This document shows, piece by piece, positions 1-9,365 of a stretch of 64,000 bases of DNA. A program made the translations under genes and the position numbers. The notes under the pieces are model-generated. The model saw only the letters and a program-made list of their open reading frames with translations. It made no database searches and was not told the DNA's origin. Source of the DNA: Planctomycetota bacterium (GTDB lineage: Bacteria > Planctomycetota > B15-G4); contig JACKHP010000010.1 of NCBI GenBank assembly GCA_020638905.1, positions 37,449-101,448 on the forward strand. Reading direction: 5' to 3'. Position 1 is the first letter of the stretch. Each line of letters opens with the position of its first letter.

Positions 1-566
1 CGATCCTGGCCGGTGACGAGCGCACCGGCGTGTGCGTCATCGACGTGGTCGAGCGCATGGACGCCGGCGCGATCCTCGGACGGGTCGAGACCGACGTCGA
101 TCGTAAGACCGCCGGAGAGCTGCTCGACGAGCTCGCGCTGGCCGGCGCGAACCTCCTCGTGCGCCTGATCGACCGCATGGCGGCCGACGAGATCGAGCGC
201 ATCCCGCAAGACGAGTCCCGCGTCACGCGGGCCCCGAAGCTCACCGCCGACGACGGACGCATCCGCTGGGAGCACGACGCGGTCGATGTCGACCGCCGCG
301 TGCGCGCGGTCACGCCGCGTCCCGGGGCGTTCGCGCTCGTCGAGGACGTGACGCGCCTGCGCATCCTGGCCGGCGAGCCGGCGGCGTGCCCGAAGGGCTC
401 CCTGCCGGGCGAGATCGTCGAGGCCTCCGAGCAGGGCGTCTTCGTCGCCTGCGGACGCGGTGCGTATCGCATCACGCGCCTGCAGCGCGAGGGCGGACGC
501 CCGCTCGACGCGGCCGAGTACCTGCGCGGCCACGCCCTGCCCGCGGGCGCGCGGCTCGGCCCGTGA
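1..566 (+). CDS. fmt: methionyl-tRNA formyltransferase, C-terminal part (5' end outside window)
   Basis: Frame continuous from base 1; translation ...ILAGDERTGVCVIDVVERMDAGAILGR...RITRLQREGGRPL matches Fmt C-terminal domain; stop TGA 564-566 overlaps next gene start. Confidence 0.85.
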   Translation, partial: ILAGDERTGVCVIDVVERMDAGAILGRVETDVDRKTAGELLDELALAGANLLVRLIDRMAADEIERIPQDESRVTRAPKLTADDGRIRWEHDAVDVDRRVRAVTPRPGAFALVEDVTRLRILAGEPAACPKGSLPGEIVEASEQGVFVACGRGAYRITRLQREGGRPLDAAEYLRGHALPAGARLGP

Positions 567-1864
567 GAGAGCGCGCACTCGCGGTCCTGGTCTCCGTCGA
601 CGGCGGCGCGTTCGCGTCGGAGCGCCTGCTGCCGAGCGATCCGCCGTTCGTGCGCGAGCTCGTGCTGGGCGTGCTGCGCCGGCGGCTCACGCTCGACGCG
701 ATCTACGCGGCGTTCGGGCGACGTCCGCTCGAGGACCTCGACGTCGACGTGCGCTCGGCCATCCGCGCCGGCCTGTACCAGCTGCACTTCATGGACGGCA
801 TCCCGCCCCACGCCGCCGTGGCCGAGACGGTCGGCACGCTGCGCCTCGCCAGCCGGCGCGCCTACGTGAACGCGGTGCTGCGCGCGATCCAGCGCGAGTC
901 GCGACGCGTGCCGCCGGCCGCCGACCGGGGCGGCGCGCACCCGAGCAAGCGCCTCGAGCGCGAGGGACGCAGCGTGAGCTTCTTCTCGCGGCGCGTGTTC
1001 CCCGATCCCGCCGAAGACCGCGTGGGCTGGCTCTCGGTGTTGCACAGCCATCCGCGCCTGCTCGTCGAGCGCTGGCTCGCGCAGGTCGGCGAGGACGAGG
1101 CCGTGCGGCGCATGCAGGCGGGCAACGCCACGCCGCCGCTCGTGCTGCGGCCGTGCGCGCCGCGCGTCGACGCGCTCGAGCTCGCACGCCGGCTCGACGC
1201 CGAAGGCGTGAGCGTGCGCCTGGTCGAGCGCGAGAGCGGACGTCACGCCGTCTCGGCTCCGCCGGGCGCGCGCAAGCTGTTCTCGACGCGCGCCTTCCGC
1301 GAAGGCCTGTTCAGCGTGCAGGACGCCGCCCAGATGGACGCCGTCGAACTGCTCGCGCCCGATCCCGACGCCGTGGTCTGGGACGTCTGCGCCGCGCCGG
1401 GCGGCAAGACCACCCAGATCGCCGAGCAGCTCGCGTCGGGCCGGGGTCGCATCGTCGCCACCGACCTCGTCCCCGACAGGCTGCGCAAGGTCGAGGAGAA
1501 CCTCGCGCGCCTCGGCCTCGCCGAGCGCGTGGTCACCGCCGCCCACGACGCGCTCTCCGACGCGCCGCCGCCGCACATGCCCAGCGGCGGCTTCGACGCG
1601 GTGCTGCTCGACGCGCCGTGCAGCAACACGGCCGTGCTCGCGCGACGTCCCGAGGCGCGCTGGCGGCTGACCGCGGCGACGTTCGACGAGATGGGCGCGC
1701 TCCAGGCGCGCATGCTGCGCTCGGTGCGACGCTGGGTGCGCCCCGGGGGACGGCTCGTGTACTCGGTCTGCACCTACGAGCCCGAGGAAGGCGCGGCCCA
1801 CGCGCTCGCTCCCACGCGCTCGCCCTTCGCCTGGCTCGACGCGCCGCAGGAGCGCGCGCCGTGA
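563..1864 (+). CDS. rsmB: 16S rRNA (cytosine967-C5)-methyltransferase RsmB/Sun
   Basis: GTG 563 overlapping fmt stop; NusB-like N-terminus (RALAVLVSVDGGAFASERLL), SAM motif DVCAAPGGKT, catalytic DAPCS and PxxGRLVYSVCT motifs; classic fmt-rsmB synteny. Confidence 0.85.
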   Translation: MRERALAVLVSVDGGAFASERLLPSDPPFVRELVLGVLRRRLTLDAIYAAFGRRPLEDLDVDVRSAIRAGLYQLHFMDGIPPHAAVAETVGTLRLASRRAYVNAVLRAIQRESRRVPPAADRGGAHPSKRLEREGRSVSFFSRRVFPDPAEDRVGWLSVLHSHPRLLVERWLAQVGEDEAVRRMQAGNATPPLVLRPCAPRVDALELARRLDAEGVSVRLVERESGRHAVSAPPGARKLFSTRAFREGLFSVQDAAQMDAVELLAPDPDAVVWDVCAAPGGKTTQIAEQLASGRGRIVATDLVPDRLRKVEENLARLGLAERVVTAAHDALSDAPPPHMPSGGFDAVLLDAPCSNTAVLARRPEARWRLTAATFDEMGALQARMLRSVRRWVRPGGRLVYSVCTYEPEEGAAHALAPTRSPFAWLDAPQERAP

Positions 1865-2805
1865 CGTCCCCGCGGCTGGGATACAACAGCAACGGCTTCC
1901 CGCAGCACCGTCTGCCCGAGCTCGTCGACCTGCTGGCCGACCTCGGCTACGAGGCCCTCGCGCTCACGCCCGACGCAGGACGCCTCGACCCGTGCCGTCC
2001 GCTCGTGCGCGACGAGCTGCGCGAGGTCGGCGCGCGACTCTCGGCGCGCGGGCTCGCCTGCGCGGTCGAGACCGGCGCGCGCTTCGTGCTCGATCCCCTG
2101 CGCAAGCACCAGCCGACGCTGCTGGACGACGACGCGGGCGAGGCCGAGCGACGGCTCGAGATGCTGCTGCGTTGCCTCGAGATCGCGGCCGGGCTCGGCG
2201 CCGAGACGTTCTCGTTCTGGGCCGGACGTCCTTTGCGCGGCCTGCCGTGCGACGGGCCGTCGGGGACGACGATCCCCGGCGAGCGGGCGTCCGGCGGACC
2301 CTCGTTCGACGCGCTGCTCGACCGGCTGTGCGCGGGCACGGAACGCCTGCTCGACGCGGCCCGGGGCAGCGGCGTGACCATCTGCTTCGAGCCCGAGCCC
2401 GGCATGCTCGTGGCCAGCCTGCCCGAGCTCGACGCGTATCTCGCGCGACTCGGGCGCGACGACCTGCGCGTGATGCTCGACGTGGGCCACGTCCCGGTGA
2501 CCGACGGCGTGACGCCGCACGAGGCGCTGCGCCGGCTCGGTCCGCGTCTGGGCGGGCTGCAGCTCGACGACGCGCGCCCCGGCGTCCACGAGCACCTGTT
2601 CCCGGGCGAAGGAGTGGTCGACTTCGCGGCCGTGTTCGCCGCGGCACGCGAGGCGGGCTTCGCCGGACTGGCGTGCGTCGAGCTGCCGCGCCACGGGCAC
2701 GATCCGGTCGAGACGGCGCGGCGTGCGCTCCACGTGCTGCGCGAGGCCCGCCAATCGGGTGAGGCGCCGGGCGCAGCCGCCGCGCCCGAGGGCGATGCGC
2801 GATGA
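1861..2805 (+). CDS. sugar phosphate isomerase/epimerase (xylose isomerase-like TIM barrel) family protein
   Basis: GTG 1861 overlaps rsmB stop; translation VTSPRLGYNSNGF...ICFEPEPGM...MLDVGHV typical of AP endonuclease 2/xylose isomerase-like TIM barrel; upstream part of track ORF 460..2805 is Arg-rich noise. Confidence 0.65.
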   Translation: MTSPRLGYNSNGFPQHRLPELVDLLADLGYEALALTPDAGRLDPCRPLVRDELREVGARLSARGLACAVETGARFVLDPLRKHQPTLLDDDAGEAERRLEMLLRCLEIAAGLGAETFSFWAGRPLRGLPCDGPSGTTIPGERASGGPSFDALLDRLCAGTERLLDAARGSGVTICFEPEPGMLVASLPELDAYLARLGRDDLRVMLDVGHVPVTDGVTPHEALRRLGPRLGGLQLDDARPGVHEHLFPGEGVVDFAAVFAAAREAGFAGLACVELPRHGHDPVETARRALHVLREARQSGEAPGAAAAPEGDAR

Positions 2806-3392
2806 GTGCCGAGCGCGCGCCCGGTGCGTCGTCCCGCGAGGGGACGGCCGCGCGTCGCGCCTCATCGAGGCCGCGTGTGCGGCTCGTCCATCCGCACCAC
2901 ACCGACGCCGAGGAGTTCGTGGCCGCCGCGCGTCGGAGCCGCGCGCTGCACGCCAGTTGGGTCGCGCCGCCGCGCGACCGCGAGGCCTTCGACGCCTGGA
3001 TCGAGGCGCGTCGCGGTCCGCGTCACGCGAGCTTCCTGGCTCGCGACCTCGAGGACGACGGTCTGGTGGGCTACTTCGGCCTGAGCGAGATCGTGCGGGG
3101 TCCCATGCAGAGCGCGTACCTGGGCTTCTATGCCTTCGCGCCGCTCGCGGGACGCGGGCTCATGACCGAGGCGCTGTCCCAGGTGCTGCGCCGTGCCTTC
3201 GTCGAGCTGGGGCTGCACCGCGTCGAGGCCAACATCCAGCCCGCGAACGAGCGCTCGCGGGCGCTCGTCGAACGCTGCGGCTTCACGCTCGAGGGCTACT
3301 CGCCGCGCTACCTCAAGATCGCCGGACGCTGGCGTGACCATGAACGCTGGGCGGTCGTCCGCGACGACTGGAAGACGCGCCGCCGGCGCTGA
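2802..3392 (+). CDS. GNAT family N-acetyltransferase (RimJ/RimL-like)
   Basis: ATGA start/stop overlap with previous gene; motif GYFGLSEI...LGFYAFAPLAGRGLMTEAL...VEANIQPANERSRALVERCGF is a typical GNAT fold signature. Confidence 0.75.
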   Translation: MSAERAPGASSREGTAARRASSRPRVRLVHPHHTDAEEFVAAARRSRALHASWVAPPRDREAFDAWIEARRGPRHASFLARDLEDDGLVGYFGLSEIVRGPMQSAYLGFYAFAPLAGRGLMTEALSQVLRRAFVELGLHRVEANIQPANERSRALVERCGFTLEGYSPRYLKIAGRWRDHERWAVVRDDWKTRRRR

Positions 3393-3414
3393 GCGACGGA
3401 CGGGCGAGCGCGCG

Positions 3415-4431
3415 TCAGGCCTCGCGCTCGCGCGTCGGCGCCCGGTCGCCGCGGGGCGCCAGGCCGAGCCCGTCGCGCACCTCGCGGCGGGCGCCGGGGT
3501 GCGGTTCGAACGAGACCGGACCGAAGCGCTCGATGACGCACGGCACGGGCGCGCCCGCGGGATCATCGTCGAAGAGCAGTTCGGCGCGCCGGTCGGGCAG
3601 CTTCGCCGGCGACGGAGGGCGCTCGTCGCCCGGGAAGATCACGCCGAACCCGCCACCGGGAGTCGAGTTGACCACGACGACCTCGAGCAGCGCGTCCGTC
3701 GAGAGGCGCAACCGAGCCCGCCGCCGCGAGCACGTCCCGCGCGGGAGCAGCACCTCGAGGCGGCCCCTGGGGAGGCTGCCGAGCCAGGTCTGGATCTGCG
3801 TCGCGTGGTACTCGTCGTCCTTCGCCCGCAGGTGCCGCCAGGGCCTGATCTCGCCGCTGCCCAGTTTCGAGAGCTCGACGCGCAACGCGTCGTGGAGGTG
3901 ACGCAGCGCCTTGCGATGCGCCCTGCGTCCGGCCGAGTCGGGCGGGCCGAGCCCCGACGGGGGGTCGGCATCGAGGGTCAGCTCGGGACGCGCCACGGCG
4001 CGCAGCAGATCGCGCCGCAGCGCGGGATCCTCGCGCTCGATCCAGGCCGAGACGACGTGGTCGATGTGCTCGCGCACCTCGTTCGCCGCCGACTGGTCGA
4101 TCGGCCGGGGCGTCCCGGGGGCCGGCACCACCGGTGTCTCCGGGAGGAGGACGAGGCCGCCGCGCTGGCGCTCGCGCAGGCGGTGCGCACGGTAGACGGC
4201 GTTGCAGGTCACCACGCGCAACCAGCCCTCGATGCGTTCGGGATCGTCCAGGCGGTGGGCGTAGCGCAGCAGCTGCATCACCACGTCGGCGCTGGCGTCG
4301 GCCACGATCTCGGGATCGCGGCTGGTCCAGCGCGCGAACTCACGCACACGCGACAGCACGGCGTCGACGACGCCCTGGGACGGCTCCCCGCGGCGGAACG
4401 ACTCCAGGATCTCGGTCCACGGTGGTGACAC
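3415..4431 (-). CDS. ECF-like sigma-70 family protein with ~130 aa non-canonical C-terminal extension
   Basis: Start chosen at GTG (VSPPWTEIL) because upstream ORF extension is Arg-rich; region 2-like motif DVVMQLLRYAHRLDDPERIEGWLRVVTCNAVYRAHRL; strong GC3 bias in this frame. Confidence 0.45.
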   Translation of the reverse strand: MSPPWTEILESFRRGEPSQGVVDAVLSRVREFARWTSRDPEIVADASADVVMQLLRYAHRLDDPERIEGWLRVVTCNAVYRAHRLRERQRGGLVLLPETPVVPAPGTPRPIDQSAANEVREHIDHVVSAWIEREDPALRRDLLRAVARPELTLDADPPSGLGPPDSAGRRAHRKALRHLHDALRVELSKLGSGEIRPWRHLRAKDDEYHATQIQTWLGSLPRGRLEVLLPRGTCSRRRARLRLSTDALLEVVVVNSTPGGGFGVIFPGDERPPSPAKLPDRRAELLFDDDPAGAPVPCVIERFGPVSFEPHPGARREVRDGLGLAPRGDRAPTREREA

Positions 4432-4511
4432 GTCGACGCACCTCGGGGCCGATCTCTCCCCCCGTCGTCCGCCAGCCCCCCCGAGCGGTCGCCGGATCGC
4501 CTCGTGGCGTC

Positions 4512-5186
4512 CTAGGTCTGTCCCGTGTCCTCCCGTCCCAAGGTCCGCAGGGGACCCGGTTCGGCGACGGCCCTCGCCAGCGCAGCCAGATCGTCGCGCG
4601 GGCGGTGCCGCGAGTGCCGGAAGAGCGCGAATTCGTCGGGCCCGGACGGCGTCTCGCGCTGCGCGAGGTCGGAGCCCGCGTGCCGGGCCTCGTCGAGCAG
4701 CGTCGCGCAGGTGTCGTGGAAGCGTCCCGAGCCTTCGCTCGCGCGCTCGAGCAGCTCGAGGTCGGCCAGCGCGCGCAGCACCAGGGCGGGATGCCGTTGG
4801 CGGTGCCACGCCGGTGCGCCGCGCGCCACGCCGACGCGCTCGACCACGCCGCGCAACGCGTCGGCGCGTCCGAGGTGTTCGTCGATGAACGCGCCGAGGA
4901 ACGCGATGGCGGTGAAGACGTGCGTCGCGTCGACCTCGCGCAGGTCGCGCTCGTCGAGCAGCGTGCGCCAGCGGCGCTCGGCGCGTCCGAGCAGGTCGCG
5001 TGCGAGGGGCAGGCCCGACGGGTCGCCGGAGGATGCCGATTCGTACGCGTACGACATCGCCACGAGGAAGCAGGCGGTCGGACTCGTCCCCCAGTGGGCG
5101 AGCTGGTCGTCGACCCAGGTGCGGAAATCGGCCCAGCGCTCGCGGGCGAAGTCGTGCTCGGCGCGCACGAGCAGCGCGTCACGCAT
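4512..5186 (-). CDS. hypothetical protein (start may be further upstream at 5366)
   Basis: ORF 4512..5366; start taken at internal Met (MRDALLVRAEHDFARERW...); protein-like composition, no recognised domain. Confidence 0.4.
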   Translation of the reverse strand: MRDALLVRAEHDFARERWADFRTWVDDQLAHWGTSPTACFLVAMSYAYESASSGDPSGLPLARDLLGRAERRWRTLLDERDLREVDATHVFTAIAFLGAFIDEHLGRADALRGVVERVGVARGAPAWHRQRHPALVLRALADLELLERASEGSGRFHDTCATLLDEARHAGSDLAQRETPSGPDEFALFRHSRHRPRDDLAALARAVAEPGPLRTLGREDTGQT

Positions 5187-5452
5187 CGGATCGAAGAGCC
5201 TCAGGGCCGGGCCCTGACGCGCACGACGCAGACGGGGAGTGTTCACGAGCTCCCTCCTTCGGCGAGGCCGGACGCTGCGGGCCCCGTGGCAGCCGGGCGC
5301 CGAGCGGCGCTCCGGACCCTTCATCGCGGACGATGCTAGCGCCGGGTTCGCGGGGCGCGCAATCACGGAGCCGTGGGCGCGCAGGGCGTCGTGCCGCCGT
5401 GAGGTCGCCGCCCGCGTGTCGCGCGGGGTGCGAAACGCCCGTCAGCGTCGCC

Positions 5453-6712
5453 TCAGCCGGCCGAGGCGGACGCGCCCTCGCCGCTCTTCGCGAGCCGGTG
5501 CAGCTCGTCGTCCTCGAGCAGGCGGTCGCTGTCCTTGGCGGCCGCGAAGAGCCTGTCGACCAGCGCCGGACGCGCGTCGTAGCCGTGCGTCTCGAGCCAG
5601 TAGACGACGTTGCTCTTGCCCGACATCGGCCCCACGCGGATGACCTGCGCCAGTCCGACCATGTCGGCCGGCACGCCCGAGTAGACGCGGTTCGCGAGCC
5701 ATTCCTCGCCCTTCTGGTGGGCCTTGATGACCGCTGCGGCGTGCACGCCGGTGCCGGTCTCGAACGCGTCGCGTCCGAACGCGGGGTAGCTCACGGGGAT
5801 CGGGATGCCCGTCGCCTGGCTCGTGAGCTGGACGTACTCGCCCAGCCGGGCCAGGTCGTTGTCGATCCAGCCTTCGAGCCGCAGGTTGATCAGCAGCTGG
5901 TCCATCGGGACGTTGCCCGCGCGCTCGCCGATGCCCAGGGCCGTGCCGTGCACGCGGTGCGCCCCGGCCTGCAGCGCGGCGATCGCGTTCGGCACTCCGA
6001 GCCCGCGGTCCATGTGGCCGTGCCAGTCGATCTTCACGTCGTCGCGGCCGCTCTTCGCGACGAGCTCCTGGGCCCACTTGACGAGGTTCACCGTGCCCTG
6101 CGGGACGGCGTGCCCGACGGTGTCGCACAGGCACAGCCTGCGGGTCGCCGGCGACTCGAGCGCCGCACCGTAGAGTGCCTCGAGCGTCTCGGGATGGGCG
6201 CGCGTCGTGTCCTCGGTCACGAACATCACGGCCAGTCCCTCCTGCTCGGCGAAGCGCAGCGCGTCGGTCGAGTGGCGCAGCATCGTCGCCAGGTCCCAGT
6301 CTTCGGTGTAGGCGCGGATCTGGCTGCTGCCGATGAACGTCGAGACCTCGATGGGCACGCCCGTCTTCTGCATGATCTCGGCCACCGGCCGGATGTCGGC
6401 CGCCACCGTGCGCGCGGCGCAGTTGGGCTCGATGCGCAGCTTGCTGTCGCGGATCTCGGTCACGAGCCGCGTGACCATCTCGACCACGTGCGGGCCGGCG
6501 CCCGGGAGGCCCACGTTCGCGTAGGTGATGCCCAGCGCGTCCATGAGGTGCAGCAGGCGCAGACGCTCGTCGAAGACCGGCGCCTTGACCGACGGGCACT
6601 GGAGTCCGTCGCGCAGCGTCTCGTCGTCGAACTCGATGCGGTTCGGCGGCGGCGACAGGGCGGGGGCCTTGTTCCAGTCGTAGATCAGGTCCTGCGGCGC
6701 GGGCTCGGACAT
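5453..6712 (-). CDS. HMGL-like family synthase (2-isopropylmalate/homocitrate/citramalate synthase-like, short form)
   Basis: Start at Met 250 of track ORF (MSEPAPQDLIYDW); motifs DETLRDGLQ and WHGHMDRGLGVPNAIAALQAGA match DRE-TIM metallolyase LeuA/NifV family; lacks LeuA C-terminal regulatory domain. Confidence 0.8.
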   Translation of the reverse strand: MSEPAPQDLIYDWNKAPALSPPPNRIEFDDETLRDGLQCPSVKAPVFDERLRLLHLMDALGITYANVGLPGAGPHVVEMVTRLVTEIRDSKLRIEPNCAARTVAADIRPVAEIMQKTGVPIEVSTFIGSSQIRAYTEDWDLATMLRHSTDALRFAEQEGLAVMFVTEDTTRAHPETLEALYGAALESPATRRLCLCDTVGHAVPQGTVNLVKWAQELVAKSGRDDVKIDWHGHMDRGLGVPNAIAALQAGAHRVHGTALGIGERAGNVPMDQLLINLRLEGWIDNDLARLGEYVQLTSQATGIPIPVSYPAFGRDAFETGTGVHAAAVIKAHQKGEEWLANRVYSGVPADMVGLAQVIRVGPMSGKSNVVYWLETHGYDARPALVDRLFAAAKDSDRLLEDDELHRLAKSGEGASASAG

Positions 6713-6804
6713 GGCGTGCTCCCGGGATGGCCGGGCTCCGGGGCCCGGTCGACCGCGCATGTTAGCAGGACCGTTGCGGCCGCGCTCGGCGCCGCGCGGT
6801 CGGC

Positions 6805-7854
6805 TCAGCCGCCCGTCTCGCCGCCGTCCATCTCGAGGAAGAACGTGTCGGATCCGTCGAGCTGCTCGAGGAAGGCGTGGAAGTCGAGCCGATCGTCGGC
6901 GCCGATGGGTGCCACCGCGCCGGTGAGCTGTTCGATGACGGCGTTCGGCAGCGACGCGTCGGCGGTGAGGTCTTTTCCTGCGTAGCTGCCCTCGAGACGC
7001 AGGAGGCCCTTGCGCGCCAGCGGACGCAGCAGCATGCGACGCGCGATGAGCTCGGCCTCGCTCTCGCTCACGAGCTTGACGAGATCGACGGCGTCGACCG
7101 AGCCGACACCTTCGACCAGCTCTTGGAAGAGCACTGTGACGAGGATCACGAGCGCGTCGAGGTCGAGATCGTGCTCGCCGCGCAGCACCAGGATCGGGAA
7201 GCGCTCGGGACGCTCGGTGTGTGCCAACCGGTCGAGCACCCTGGCCGCCTCGACGCGCGCGCGGTGCAGCAGCGACGCGGTGGTGTCGAGCACCTCGATG
7301 CCGGTGCCCGTCCACGGGTCGAGATGGAAGACGCGCGCGGCGCGACGCCGGTAGTGCAGCGAGAGCCGGCGCAGGTCGGAGAGCACCTCGGCGTTCGTGC
7401 GATACGGACCGGTGAGCGCGCCCGGTGTGGCGCGCGGCGGCTCGCCGAAGGCCTCGCACGCCAGGCGGAACGCGTGTTCGCCGAGCCGGTAGCTCACGCC
7501 GTGGGCCTCGGCCGGATGTCCTGGCACGACCTCGGGAACCAGGAAACCGCGGCTCACCAGGGCCCCGTCGCCGGTGAGCAGGCCCAGCGCAGCGAGCCGC
7601 TCGGCCGGGCCGTCGCAGGCCGCCGCCAGCTCGGACCCGAGCAGCGCGCGCTGGCCGTCGAGCCGCGCGACGAGCGACGCGAGCACCAGCAGCACCTCGA
7701 CGTCGGACAGATGATGTCGGGCGAAGGCTCCCAGCAGCGTGCCCGAACCGGCGTCACGCGGACGCCGCGCGACACGCTCGAGGCGGTCGGCGGTCCGCCG
7801 CTCGACGGCGTCGAGCAGCTCGCGCAGGGGGGCCCGGTCTCCGGTGGGGTCCAT
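6805..7854 (-). CDS. hypothetical protein
   Basis: 349 aa ORF with strong GC3 bias and AGGAG-like SD 7 nt upstream of ATG; 92 nt upstream of HMGL-like gene on same strand; no recognised domain. Confidence 0.55.
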   Translation of the reverse strand: MDPTGDRAPLRELLDAVERRTADRLERVARRPRDAGSGTLLGAFARHHLSDVEVLLVLASLVARLDGQRALLGSELAAACDGPAERLAALGLLTGDGALVSRGFLVPEVVPGHPAEAHGVSYRLGEHAFRLACEAFGEPPRATPGALTGPYRTNAEVLSDLRRLSLHYRRRAARVFHLDPWTGTGIEVLDTTASLLHRARVEAARVLDRLAHTERPERFPILVLRGEHDLDLDALVILVTVLFQELVEGVGSVDAVDLVKLVSESEAELIARRMLLRPLARKGLLRLEGSYAGKDLTADASLPNAVIEQLTGAVAPIGADDRLDFHAFLEQLDGSDTFFLEMDGGETGG

Positions 7855-7994
7855 CGTCGTCTCCTGTCCGTCCGGAGTACTCCGGGCGTCACCTCAGGGT
7901 AACCCGCCCGCCGCCGTGGTGACGGACGGGCCGGGCGGATACCCTCGCCTGCCGCCGCGCTCCGCGGCCGGATCCGCACAACGGACGCGCGACC

Positions 7995-9365
7995 ATGGAC
8001 CATCCCGACATCGCCAGGATCATCGAGGGTGTCGAGGGCGCCCTGGGCGTTCCGCGCAAGATCGCGGGAGAGGTGCGCGCGGCCGACATCGCCCAGGCGC
8101 TGGGCGAGCTCGACGAGTCGCACCGCCTGCTGGTCTTCTCGCTGCTGGGCGACCCGAAGGCTGCCGACGTCCTGGCGGCGGCCGACGAGCGCGTGCAGGA
8201 GTCGCTGCTCGAGGCCCTGCCGGCCGAGCGCCTGACCGCGCTCCTGTCGCAGATGGACCCGGACGACGCGGCCGACGTGCTGCAGAGCGCGCCCGAGGAG
8301 GACCGTCCGCGCATCGTCGCCGGGCTCGACGAGGAGACCCGCCGCGAGGTGAGCCTGCTCGACGCCTACGATCCCGAGTCGGCCGGCGGCATCATGACCA
8401 CCGACGTCCCCACGTGTCGCGACGGCGACACCCTGGGACGGGTCATCGAGCAGCTCGGCGACGTCGAGCAGCCCGAGGCGCTCACCGCGATCTACGTCGT
8501 CGACGCCGCGGGCACCCTGCTCGGCCTCGTCGACCTGCGTGCGCTGCTCGTCTCCGACCGCGACGCGCTCGTGCGCGACGTGATGGACACGGACGTCATC
8601 TCGGCCCACGTCGACGACGACCAGGAGGAGGTCGCCCGCCTGGTCGACCGCTACGACCTCGCGTCGGTGCCGGTGGTCGACGCCGCCCGGCGCCTCAAGG
8701 GCGTGATCACCGTCGACGACGTGATCGACGTGCTCGGCGAGGAGGCCAGCGAGGACATGCTGCGCCTGGCCGGCACGGGCGCCGTGCACCCCACGGGTCA
8801 ACCGCTGGTCGAACGCCTGCTGGCACGCGCCCCCTGGCTCTCGGTCACGCTCGTGGGCTCGTTCAGCGCGGGCCTCGTGCTCGAGTTCATCGAGCAGCGC
8901 TGGTTCCCGCACGCGCTCGAGGTGCAGTCGAGCTTCAAGGCGCTGCTGTACTTCATCCCGCTCATCGGCGGCATGGCGGGCAACGTGGGCAGCCAGTCGT
9001 CGACGATCATGGTGCGCGGCTTCGCCACCGGCGAGGTCGACCCCAAGCGCCCGATGCGCGTGCTCAAGGGAGAGCTGCTGCTGGGTCTCGTGATCGGCGT
9101 GCTGGCCGGGCTGATCGTCGGCGTCGCCGCCGCGCTGGTGCATCCCGAGCGCCCGTGGCTGGGGCTCGTGGTGGGGACGGCGCTGCCCGCGGCCATCGGC
9201 GTGGCCGCGCTGGCGGGCACGCTCGTCCCGTTCGCGTGCGCGGCCGTGGGCATCGATCCGGCCTACGCCAGCGGACCCTTCCTGCAGACGCTCAACGACC
9301 TGTCCGCCTACGTGATCTACTTCACCGTCGCCATCGGGCTCATGGATGGCCTCCAGCTCCACTGA
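7995..9365 (+). CDS. mgtE: magnesium transporter MgtE
   Basis: MgtE N-domain, tandem CBS region and C-terminal 5-TM domain (GGMAGNVGSQSSTIMVRG...). Confidence 0.9.
   Translation: MDHPDIARIIEGVEGALGVPRKIAGEVRAADIAQALGELDESHRLLVFSLLGDPKAADVLAAADERVQESLLEALPAERLTALLSQMDPDDAADVLQSAPEEDRPRIVAGLDEETRREVSLLDAYDPESAGGIMTTDVPTCRDGDTLGRVIEQLGDVEQPEALTAIYVVDAAGTLLGLVDLRALLVSDRDALVRDVMDTDVISAHVDDDQEEVARLVDRYDLASVPVVDAARRLKGVITVDDVIDVLGEEASEDMLRLAGTGAVHPTGQPLVERLLARAPWLSVTLVGSFSAGLVLEFIEQRWFPHALEVQSSFKALLYFIPLIGGMAGNVGSQSSTIMVRGFATGEVDPKRPMRVLKGELLLGLVIGVLAGLIVGVAAALVHPERPWLGLVVGTALPAAIGVAALAGTLVPFACAAVGIDPAYASGPFLQTLNDLSAYVIYFTVAIGLMDGLQLH

Noticed and set aside
460-1860. 5' 1.4 kb of 781-aa ORF 460..2805 (+) overlapping rsmB in another frame
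   Set aside because: Translation is almost pure Arg/Ala/Pro/Gly low-complexity typical of off-frame reading of GC-rich coding DNA. Only the last 315 codons (from GTG 1861) look like a real protein (sugar phosphate isomerase-like).
3193-5339. Plus-strand ORFs 3193..4428 and 4134..5339 overlapping the minus-strand sigma-like and hypothetical genes
   Set aside because: The minus-strand reading shows a recognisable sigma-70 region 2 motif and more protein-like composition. The plus-strand ORFs are Arg/Gly-rich. The call remains uncertain and is flagged in the findings.
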